Positions 35,085-46,206 of a DNA stretch of 64,000 nt are shown here, one piece after another. This DNA comes from Hormiphora californensis (taxonomy: Eukaryota; Animalia; Ctenophora). The stretch lies in contig CM035351.1 in NCBI GenBank assembly GCA_020137815.1, forward strand, positions 3,968,001-4,032,000, given 5' to 3'. Each line of letters starts with the position of its first letter. The first letter of the stretch is position 1. A program made the position numbers and the translations under genes. A model generated the notes under the pieces. The model searched no databases. It was not told the origin of the DNA and was given only the letters and a program-made list of their open reading frames with translations.

Positions 35085-36964
35085 TTATTTTTCTTTGTAA
35101 TACGCCCTAAAAGTGTTTGTAGAGAATTCTCTGTAGTCCTTCTGCGTCCTTTCACTCTACCATCCAGAGCGGGAACTCCCTCCGGTAGAAAGGGAGTGTT
35201 AACTACCTCCGAGTAGGGCAGGGAGTAGTTAGGCAAGCTTCATCGCTTGTTCAGGCTGCCAATCCATGAACAGAGCCAGGGTTTCCCGGGTAAAATCAGG
35301 CTTTGCAGACGCCTTGACGCAGTGAGCAGTTGCTCTCAGGTGACCCCCGCTGAGATACTGGAAACTCTCTCCCAACTGGACCAGGAGACAGTCAGGAGGT
35401 AGCTCCACCTTCACCACCCTCCCATCAACAGGGTGTTTAATGTGCAGACCACAATCCACAGGGGCAGGTATCTCCTTCCCCTCCAGGTTCAGGTACATAG
35501 GACAGGTCAGGATGGTTATACCACCGTGATCAAGGTGCCACCCACACAGCCCGTCCTCAGATTTAGTGGTGGCCGGGGGAGCAGGGAAATAATGCAATAA
35601 CCTCCCTTTGCACGTGATCCCCTTTTTTAGTCGGCTCAGGAACAGCCCGAGCGGGTGTTCTCCCCCCGTTTTCTTGTGTAGATACCGATCGAATAGTTCG
35701 CAGATCATGTACCCCACCTCCAGCTGCCGGCTAGTCATGTCCCTGAATGCACCCTCAAGGTGGGGGAGATCCTCACTCGGCCATATGTTATCTTGGTAGA
35801 GCTCGGGGAACTGCTCCTTGAGGGACTGATCCTCCGTTATAACGTTCCGCAGCGGGTTGGCATAGTAACTCCCCTTAGCCATGTCTGGGACTCCACTTCG
35901 CATCTTCTCCTTGCCATGGCTCCAACCGAAACTGAAAGGGGAGGAGCTTTTTAGTATTTAAGTAACTAAACGACTGACTCCGTGTCTTCTGGCTGCTATA
36001 ATAGTGATAGAAAGAGTATTTGGTTCCATCATAATCTCTCATTAGGTATCTACTCAGATGCAGTGCTCCTCTATTACAGTACTGAGTAGTCGATTCCTCC
36101 TCTATTACAGTACTGAGTAGTCGATTCCCACTACCATATGGGACTAACGACCCTCCTTATAAGCATCTTAGTTAGTTTTGTTTAAAATGCCCAACGTTCA
36201 ATAAGTGAGATTGAGAGCTCACAATACTCATCTAATGATCTATGAACCTGCAGCTGTCGACACACTACTAAAACTCACTCCCCTTTAGTCATTAGTTATA
36301 GAGCCAGGCTGTAGTCAAAGTGGCATCGTTTAACACTTTATAAGCATTACTTTACTCTGTAGAACTATTACTATACCCCTCTCTACGAGTGATGTAACTC
36401 GCCCATTTTGTAAGTGCGGTACTTGACTACCATTAGCATAAGCGGCAGTATGTGCTTTCAGATCCTTCTTAGTTCTTAGCACCTATATGAGTGCAGTAAA
36501 GCAGTATAACACTATCTCTCTATTTTATTGCTTAGTCCTATTCATTTTAGAAATAGTTGCGCTCGCCGCTCAAAAAAAATCGTGCTTTGCTAACCAATTG
36601 TTTGTTTAGTAAACCGGATTGTTCACCTACCCTTGCTTACCACCCTAATTGCTCTTCTAGTTCCACCCTAGCCCGTTATTATACTTACCCTTCTTCTTTG
36701 CCCGTACTAGTGCCCGTACCTGTAATTGCTCACGGGATCTGTGTATCGTTCCTTTACTTCTTCAGGCAAGTTAGCAAAATCCCTCACAGCCCGTAGTGCG
36801 GCCTCCCTTTCCTTCTGAAAATCTGGAAAATCCTTTACCACAATCAAACCGAGACCTTCCTTTCCGAAGGCTTGGGATATTGCCGTTGTAAAGTCTTCTC
36901 CTGCATTAAAATCAGCGTATGATATTATTACAGGGTCCCCTGTTTGTACTGCAGCAGCCACCAT
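35085..36964 (-). CDS. Isopenicillin-N-synthase-like 2-oxoglutarate/Fe(II) oxygenase (2 exons; compensating frameshifts near the 3' end)
   Basis: Exon 1 is 36964-36720 (AFGKEGLGLIVV). Exon 2 starts at 35931: SFGWSHGKEK..KGSYYANP..NIWP..RLLHYFP..WHLDHG (HxD)..TAHCV (His)..RETLALFM. The reconstructed end is DYREFSTNTFRAYYKEK*. Confidence 0.88.
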
Positions 36965-38442
36965 GATTCCTGATAGGGGGAGGGGGTTATTGGTTTACAA
37001 TTGAACTCACTTTTGATCTTGGAACGGAGTGACAGGGTGGCAATGGTACCAAGGGGGTTTAGGGATGTGTGTTGTACAATAAGAAGGAAATGTCAAATGA
37101 CTAAAGGAGCAAGTCAAAAAAAGGCAACAACAACAGTTGAGAAAAACGCAAACATATGGGAACTGAAATTTGATACTTCATTCGAAGAGACCGGGAGCCG
37201 AAATGACAACTGCAGATTACAACTTGAACATTCCCTTAGATTCTTAGAATTAGATTGTTCTAGAAATACGAGGTATATCTGGGTACAACCGGTTCTAAAT
37301 TACTCAACTGGTTTCAGGTTTGTACGCCGATATACCCACCACGGACGTATTCAAGTTCTAGAACTTGTTGAACAAAACCCCTTACTCAAAAACCTGAAAC
37401 CAGCATGCTTCCGGATAACGAATTGTTTACTCAACAAAATTCCATATTCTTGGGTAAACAAGTTCCACTGGACTTAGTTCCAGAACTTTCTGAGAACATC
37501 TTATGAAAGTGAATCAGCGATTACAAACAGTGTAAACACAGTCCGGACTTTGTCATGCAAACAATATCACTTCTGGCATCATTCCATCTCTAGCAAAAAG
37601 TGAACAAGAGGGTATAGGCTAAAATAGTGCAGTCGATTAGGAACGTGTCTCAATTGGCCATCGCCCAACGAGGTAATAGGACATAGTGACCGCACATGGA
37701 CACTTATTAGAACTATTACGATCACGATCATCGCCCTCGATCAACTGTTCAAATAGTAAATAAATATGGCGTGTATAGCTTATTAGGGTGGGGGAGAGTC
37801 GTGTACTCGTGTGTAGTTCTGCCATAGGCCTAGGAAACCGCGGCCCTGTCAACAATACAGAGTGTCTGTGTATAGAAACTGTCCCTCTAATCGCCATGTA
37901 GACAGCTGTATAATAATAGGGCCCTGGGTATAACATAATTGTACTGTCAGAGCGGGGTTGTTTAGCGTAATGAATCTAAAGAATGGCATTATTATGTACA
38001 ATCTAGGGCTGTGCAATATTATGTCATTTGTATTAGTTCTTTCATCTCCTATCGCATGGCGTGCTAAGACAAGGGTAAGAGACGCGGCCCCTATATCCCT
38101 TTATTAGAGCGTTATAGATCCTTATGCGGTGCATCCTAGTATGCGGTGGATATATGAACAGTAATCACATATGAATATGCCGGCTATTATATTGCTTTAC
38201 AGTTGTAGAAAACTACTGAGGAAATCGTAAATTCAGATAGACAGATTAGATTTAATGGTGTAGAGAAACAAGCTATAGCCCCATCAAATACTACCTATCG
38301 TAGAACATCAGAGAACAAAACAGTGAGAATATGGAGGATGGCTGGTATAAGACATATGTCAGCCTAGTCCTTGATATGTGTACTGCAAGAGCGGCCATGT
38401 GTGCTCTGTATAAACACGTTTCTGCTTCCTTTATTCTAGAAC

Positions 38443-40050
38443 TGTCAGTGCAACCACCCTCCTAGTTCCGATCTGTCTGGTGCAACCACCCTCCTAGTTC
38501 CGATCTGTCTGGTGCAACCACCCTTCTAGTTCCGATCTGTCTGGTGCAACCACCCTCCTAGTTCCGATCTGTCTGGTGCAACCACCCTCCTAGTTCCGAT
38601 CTGTCTGGTGCAACCACCCTCCTAGTTCCGATCTGTCTGGTGCAACCACCCTCCTAGTTCCGATCTGTCTGGTGCAACCACCCTCCTAGTTCCGATCTGT
38701 CAGTGCAACCACCCTCCTAGTTCCGATCTGTCTGGTGCAACCACCCTCCTAGTTCCGATCTGTCTGGTGCAACCACCCTCCTAGTTTCGATCTGTCTGGT
38801 GCAACCACCCTCCTAGTTCCGATCTGTCTGGTGCAACCACCCTCCTAGTTCCGATCTGTCTGGTGCAACCACCCTCCTAGTTCCGATCTGTCTGGTGCAA
38901 CCACCCTCCTAGTTCCGATCTGTCTGGTGCAACCACCCTCCTAGTTTCGATCTGTCTGGTGCAACCACCCTCCTAGTTCCAATCTGTCTGGTGCAACCAC
39001 CCTCCTAGTTCCGATCTGTCTGGTGCAACCACCCTCCTAGTTCCGACCTGTCTGGTGCAACCACCCTCCTAGTTCCGATCTGTCTGGTGCAACCACCCTC
39101 CTAGTTCCGATCTGTCTGGTGCAACCACCCTCCTAGTTCCGATCTGTCTGGTGCCACAACCCTCCTAGTTCCGATCTGTCTGGTGCAACCACCCTCCTAG
39201 TTCCGATCTGTCTGGTGCAACCACCCTCCTAGTTCCGATCTGTCTGGTGCAACCACCCTCCTAGTTCCGATCTGTCTGGTGCAACCACCCTCCTAGTTCC
39301 GATCTGTCTGGTGCAACCACCCTCCTAGTTCCGATCTGTCTGGTGCAACCACCCTCCTAGTTCCGATCTGTCTGGTGCAACCACCCTCCTAGTTCCGATC
39401 TGTCTGGTGCAACCACCCTCCTAGTTCCGATCTGTCTGGTGCAACCACCCTTCTAGTTCCGATCTGTCTGGTGCAACCACCCTCCTAGTTCCGATCTGTC
39501 TGGTGCAACCACCCTCCTAGTTCCGATCTGTCTGGTGCAACCACCCTCCTAGTTCCGATCTGTCTGGTGCAACCACCCTCCTAGTTCCGATCTGTCTGGT
39601 GCAACCACCCTCCTAGTTCCGATCTGTGTGGTGCAACCACCCTTCTAGTTCCGATCTGTCTGGTGCAACCACCCTCCTAGTTCCGATCTGTCTGGTGCAA
39701 CCACCCTCCTAGTTCCGATCTGTCTGGTGCAACCACCCTCCTAGTTCCGATCTGTCTGGTGCAACCACCCTTCTAGTTCCGATCTGTCTGGTGCAACCAC
39801 CCTCCTAGTTCCGATCTGTCTGGTGCAACCACCCTCCTAGTTCCGATCTGTCTGGTGCAACCACCCTCCTAGTTCCGATCTGTCTGGTGCAACCACCCTC
39901 CTAGTTCCGATCTGTGTGGTGCAACCACCCTCCTAGTTCCGATCTGTCTGGTGCAACTACCCTCCTAGTTCCGATCTGTCTGGTGCAACCACCCTCCTAG
40001 TTCCGATCTGTCTGGTGCAACCACCCTCCTAGTTCCGATCTGTCTGGTGC
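38443..40050. repeat. 32-bp minisatellite, about 50 highly homogeneous copies
   Basis: The unit tctgtctggtgcaaccaccctcctagttccga is repeated head-to-tail with rare point variants and no spacers. Confidence 0.98.
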
Positions 40051-40294
40051 CACAACCCCATCTGAGCGCACTGTATGGGGGCACCATACAGGTTCCGCTC
40101 AAAGAAGAGAAGAAAGGCGCAAGAAAGTGTCAGTGACTTGTTTTGTTCAAACCCTTTTTCATCCATGCGGGACGCGGGGAAACAGGGCCGAGCAAGGCGA
40201 CAGTTCCAGGAAGACATCCTGCGCCGTGGAATATGCAGGGTAGTTATAGAGGTTATACTAAAATACGGCATCATGCTACTGAGCTCCTCTTTAA

Positions 40295-42112
40295 GGGTAC
40301 ACCTCGGCAAAATTTTTGTCGAGTGCCCGCTTAGCTCTCCATATGGGGTTGTAGGGCATACCAAGCCGACCTCAAATATGCAATTTTAGCCCTTACCCCC
40401 ATAGAAATTTCGCGCGGAGGAACCTGCATCCTCCAGCCTTTTCGTCACCCGAATGAAGGTGATTATCCAAGAAAAAACTAGCTAAAGTCCTGGAGAAAAC
40501 AGGCATTAGTGCAGTCATTGTCTATTGCCGCGTTCCCCCTTTCAACTTTGTCTGGTGTATCTCAGAAAATATTTAACTTACAGACTCCCAAAAAACGGGA
40601 GGTAACATAATATTGTAGAAAATATAATACTATCTGGGTTTTATTTAGATTAATGCACAGATACATATAGCTATAGTTAGTGACACTTGGTGTCATAGTT
40701 TTCTCCCATTGTTGTAGGTATTCACTTGACAGCTACCCCCTCTTTCTCTCCCATTCTCGCCCCTCTCCAGCCAGACAGTGTTGACAGGGGGAACGCGGCA
40801 GTAGACAATGACTGCACGAATGCCTGTTTTCTCCAGGACTTTAGCTAGTTTTTTCTTGGATAATCACCTTCATTCGCGTGACGAAAAGGCTGGAGAATGC
40901 AGGTTCCTCCGCGCGAAATTCCTATGGGGGTAACTCGAATTCATATTTTTGCTACAGCCCCTCAAAGTTTGACCCTAAAAACCGGTTTTTAAGGTCCCTA
41001 AATTTTATTTTTAGGGCTAGAAAGCTGAAAATTTAGGGATTCATAGAGGATACCAAGGTGTATAGCTGAAAACAGAAATTTTTTGAAATGGAGCTCAATT
41101 TTTTGTCTGAGACTATTTTACTTTTTTTGACTTTGAGGCCATATTTGGACATGTTCCTATGGACCGTTAAGGCTACACATTGGATATTTGGTGCTCCTAA
41201 CAATTTTCAAAGTAGCCACAAATTTTCAGGAGGTCCGAATTTGAAATGTGGCCTACAGGTTTCTTTTTGTAAAGCACATATTTTAGGAAAACTTAAAATG
41301 GCTATATCTCAAAAACAGTAGGTCCTAGCGATCTAATTTCGTGCTAAATCGATTCAGCGGGTCCGATTTTGGGGGGGGTCGTCTCTTAGACATTTTGCTC
41401 TAAGTCTAACCGTTTTTTCAGAAATCGTATTTTAAGGTTTGTACATGTTTAGCAGAAATGCTTCTAGCTAGAGCTAATCTTACCTATTTCTGCTAAACAT
41501 GTTCAAATCTTAAAATACGATTTCTGAAAAAGCGGTTAGACTTAGAGCAAAATGTCTAAGAGACGACCCCCCCAAAATCGGACCCGCTGAATCGATTTAG
41601 CACAAAATTAGATCGCTAGGACCTACCGTTTTTGAGATATAGCCATTTTAAGTTTTCCTAAAATATGTGCTTTACAAAAAGAAACCTGTAGGCCACATTT
41701 CAAATTCGGACCTCCTGAAAATTTGTGGCTACTTTGACAATTGTTAGGAGCACCAAATATCCAATTTGTAGCCTTAACGGTCCATAGGAACATGTCCAAA
41801 TATGGCCTCAAAGTCAAAAAAAGTAAAATAGTCTCAGACAAAAAATTGAGCTCCATTTCAAAAAATTTCTGTTTTCAGCTATACACCTTGGTATCCTCTA
41901 TGAATCCCTAAATTTTCAGCTTTCTAGCCCTAAAAATAAAATTTAGGGACCTTAAAAACCGGTTTTTAGGGTCAAACTTTGAGGGGCTGTAGCAAAAATA
42001 TGAATTCGAGTTAAGGGCTAAAATTGCATATTTGAGGTCGGCTTGGTATGCCCTACAACCCCATATGGAGAGCTAAGCGGGCACTCGACAAAAATTTTGC
42101 CGAGGTGTACCC
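40295..42112. mobile_element. Foldback non-autonomous DNA transposon (Kolobok-like), arms about 625 bp
   Basis: TTAA|gggtacacctcggc...gccgaggtgtaccc|TTAA. Arms are nearly identical up to a loop of about 28 nt at 41460-41487. TTAA TSD with purine-first ends fits Kolobok rather than piggyBac. Confidence 0.85.
40396..40930. mobile_element. 535-bp MITE nested in the left arm of the foldback
   Basis: TA|cccccatag...ctatggggg|TA with TIRs of about 145 bp. The right arm of the host shows the empty site (cccttaactcg). Confidence 0.9.
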
Positions 42113-42576
42113 TTAACTACCCGGTTATACACTTCAAGATTCCAAATCTTCGACAACTGCACTGGATAACCGGTCACGATTCTGCCGCTGCGTGACCGGA
42201 ATTTATTTTGCTACGCACTCTCTCCGCATATTTTCATGCATCATATTCCTGCGAACGGTATTCATATCATGATGATATAGAATAGTAATTTACAGGTCTC
42301 TACATGATTGTTGTTATTTCATACTATCTGTCTATGCAAGTTAACTTCTAATATTATAAGTTCTTCTTCTACTAGGAGTTTCCTAGATCAGTTCAAGTGA
42401 TCATCATTAAAGCAGGATCTGGTTCATGCCAGATGCTGCATACTTTACGCATTAAGCTCGAAATCAGGAGATATCTGCCTTCGAAATCTTCTTGTAATAA
42501 TCGGTTCTACTTAGCTACTACAATATATTCAGTCGCATGCAACATCTCAGTTTCTAAGACGAGAGAGTAGGGGTAG

Positions 42577-42648
<72 letters not shown>

Positions 42649-42658
42649 CGTAGCTTAG

Positions 42659-42702
<44 letters not shown>

Positions 42703-43189
42703 ATCATGATAGATCGTGAAGGGAGGGTTGTTCCAACTTAAGAACCTCAAGAACCTCTACACGTGTCCCTGCAATTCTGCATGTTGGGCGTTGGCCCCGG
42801 CCCCGTGTGAAAGGTGTGACCCTTGTTCTGCAGTATAGTAATCTAGCTGCAGTACAACAACAACAAATTTTAAGCGATATTTTCTCATCGCTCCTGAACT
42901 TTTGCTAAATTATAATAGCGATCGACATGGACAGAAGGTATAATATCTGACGATAGCTACCTATATTAATAATATCGCATTCCGTTATATAAGAAGGTAC
43001 CTATCCAGTTATGTAGTGATGATCATAGCATATCCGCCTCAAATAATTCTTGCATCATATGATGAGTGTCAGAATTATGTTCTGCCATGCCTGTTTGTCT
43101 CTCTATCTCCCTGTCTCCTTTCACTCTCTCAGTCTCTATCTCTATCCCTTCCTCCGAAGCTTTCTCTCTTTTCTTTCCTCTCTCTCTCG

Positions 43190-44280
43190 CCGGGAGACTG
43201 CTATTGGAACGGATAGCAACACAATTTTGTTAAACATTGTGGGCTGGTTGGGTAACGCCATGCCCCTAACCTCCATCTACCTCGTCACAATACTCAGTGT
43301 GGGCCGGGCTGTCGCCATCTACCGGTCCTTTGAGTACGTGGTTCTCATGTCCGATAAAAACACGCGAATCCTGTGCTCGATAGGGTGGTTGGTTGCCATG
43401 GCAATAGCATGCATTCCTTACTATGGGGGTGAACACTACCGGTACTCCTCTTCTTACTGCTTCATGTTCGTTAGTCTGAGGAAGGTGCTGAAAACTGCAA
43501 CTCAGTTCGAGTATACCATAGTGTTCCTGTTCCTCAACTTTGGTTTGGTCATCCTCCCCGCATCTCTGATGGTGGGATGCTGTGTGGCGGTGGTCTCCAG
43601 GTTGAAAGGCAAGAGCAGGGACCAGAGGTTGGAGGGAGATACGACGCTGGACCATGCTGCTAACACTGTTCTACTCATCATGATGGCTTTTGTAGCGTCC
43701 TACGGACCCTACATTTTCCTGATGTGTCTCTACCTCGCCAGTTACCTCAATGTACGTGGTATTATCTTACTCGTAGAGAATTGGGTTATGGAGACAGGGG
43801 GTCAGCTGGGATAGAAAAGGGGTTTGTAGGAATAGAAGATGGGGGTTAGGGATGATTTAGGAGGCAGAGATAGTATAGGACAGGGTCCACGTAAAGGGTT
43901 TTGGTTTGGTTTGCTCAATACTCAAATCACTAACCCCCATCTCCCCTCTCTCTCTGCAGATAATAGGGGACCCGTTCAGCTTCTTATCCAAGGAGGCGAC
44001 CCTGTACACTCAGCTGACAGCCCACTTTATGTGTACTGCCATGAACAGTTGTATCAACCCCTGTATCTACTACCTTCGAGCCCGGCCCTTCAGAGCTGGT
44101 TTCAAGACTGCCATGAAGTCAGGCCTGACGAAGATCTCCAGCAATGTGACCCGAATGAGCTCTCTGGGGAGATTGAACTCTTTGAGGGTATCCCCACTGC
44201 CCCAAATTAGGGGCTCACGGATCAGTGGGGCTACACTGCCATACCAGTACCAAGAGATATACGCCGAGCATTCCATGTAG
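43190..44280 (+). CDS. Class A (rhodopsin-family) GPCR, TM3-TM7; 5' exon(s) not located
   Basis: SIYLVTILSVGRAVAI (TM3), W in TM4, LP in TM5, SYGPY in TM6. Intron 43752-43959. NSCINPCIYY in TM7. Confidence 0.8.
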
Positions 44281-44286
44281 AGACTC

Positions 44287-44330
<44 letters not shown>

Positions 44331-44884
44331 ACGAGAGATGAGCTATCAGAGACGGCATAGAGACTCTGAGCTGCTAGAAAGACGCAGACTGCTAGAGATA
44401 GATGAAGAGAGAGAGAGGAGAGAGAGAGAGTAGAGATAGAGAGGACTGAGACGAGAGCTGAGATAGAGCAAATGAGACGAGAGAGAGAAGAGAGAGAGAG
44501 AGAAGAGACCTTAGAATGAGACTTTGACTGTTTAGAGATAGAGATGCAGAACTAGAAAAGAGAACAGAAGAACTGCTCACAGTTTAAATTTTTAGATAAA
44601 AATTTCTATGTTTTATGGATTTGAGCTGAGTTAGAAAGAGAAATAGTCAAACTGACTACCTAAGGTTTAGTGAATATTTTATGATCAAAATCGATATGTT
44701 TGATTTAGAATTTATTACATAATCGCCTAAAACTCTTGGGGAATTTTTGCATGATTAATCGATATGCACGATTTAAATGTCATAATACCAGGTTTGACTG
44801 TATGTTTTTGTTGTAAAAGTTTAAAGCCTGGGTTTGCGAATTTATTTAATGTTGGGGCTGTAGGTCTATCAGAAAAAAACTTAA

Positions 44885-45898
44885 TAGGCCAGTCATTTTT
44901 TGTCATTTTGGGGCCGTTTGGTGAACTGAGACATAACAAAGGTTTTCCACTTGTATTGTACTCCTATGGGGTCCTAGAAACACCAAAAAAATCCGTCCAC
45001 TCCAACCGAGGTGAAGAAAGTGCCCAAAATGGCCACGCCCTTTTTGCCTGTATTTTCAGCCTTGACCAAAAATAGCAACTTTGCTTTGGATTGGAGTAGA
45101 AACGTAAATGAGGGCACTAAAATGTGTAGAATGAGCAGCAGAATCGATTGGTACCAAGCAGAAGTCGCTATCTCATCAGGTTCGAGAGATAATTGGATAA
45201 TTAGGTATGCGCATAACCGTTTTTGAGCCATATGGCTATAGCCGCTCAGGAGCGGTTTCAGAAATTTTGCTTCACAGGAGCTTGTTCAGCATATAAAAAT
45301 TAGTGGGGGTAACAAATATGAAGTTTTTATCGCACAAGGTCAATGAGTTATTCAACGTTAAAGATCGAAAAATGGGGGTAAAAAGTCGAAATTTGGTCAT
45401 TTTCCTTCATTTTACCCTCATTTTTCGATCTTTAAAGTTGAATAACTCATTGACCTTATGCGATAAAAACTTCATATTTGTTACCCCCACTAATTTTTAT
45501 ATGCTGAACAAGCTCCTGTGAAGCAAAATTTCTGTAACCGCTCCTGAGCGGCTATAGCCATATGGCTCAAAAACGGTTATGCGCATACCTAATTATCCAA
45601 TTATCTCTCGAACCTGATGAGATAGCGACTTCTGCTTGGTACCAATCGATTCTGCTGCTCATTCTACACATTTTAGTGCCCTCATTTACGTTTCTACTCC
45701 AATCCAAAGCAAAGTTGCTATTTTTGGTCAAGGCTGAAAAAAGAGGCAAAAAGGGCGTGGCCATTTTGGGCACTTTCTTCACCTCGGTTGGAGTGGACGA
45801 TTTTTCTGGTGTTTCTGGGACCCCATAGGAGTACAATGCAAGTGGAAAACCTTTGTTATGTCTCAGTTCACCAATTAAGCAAAAAGTGACTGGCCTAT
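44885..45898. mobile_element. Foldback element, arms about 490 bp
   Basis: taggccagtca...tgactggccta. Near-perfect mirror around a loop at 45384-45409. Identical ORFs appear on both strands in the ORF track. Confidence 0.9.
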
Positions 45899-46206
45899 AA
45901 GTTTTGATCGTTTTTAGCGAAACAAAATTGGAAAATTATACAATTACAACTATAATTGCTACAATATTTTTCGTTTAAAATACAAAAAACTGAGTCCCTC
46001 TGTTTGTCTCTCTGATTCAGAAAATCCCATCCACCAAAAGTTCTATTGACAATAAAATTTAATGAACCTCATGGGCCAAGATGTGTGTGTGGGTTTGGTG
46101 TCTGCCATTCCCCCCCTCTCACGATTTCCATCACATTTCTATTCCAAGTTCGAGTAAGTTACATGATAGATGGCACAGCACCGTACCTACACACGTGGGT
46201 TGCACT

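Noticed and set aside
35085-35240. True FYY coelenterazine-precursor gene or programmed frameshifting
   Set aside because: The terminus is AYYKEK, not FYY-stop. Similar indels in CFAP65 point to sequence error.
38443-40050. CRISPR-like 32-bp repeat array
   Set aside because: Units are head-to-tail with no unique spacers, no cas genes are present, and the context is eukaryotic.
40295-42112. piggyBac assignment based on TTAA
   Set aside because: Ends are GGG...CCC, whereas piggyBac elements begin with CC(C/T).
43190-44280. Opsin next to a retinal-producing enzyme
   Set aside because: TM7 has Ala, not Lys, six residues before NPxxY, so there is no Schiff-base residue.
41088-45836. Identical small ORF pairs on opposite strands
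   Set aside because: A by-product of foldback arms; there are no protein motifs.
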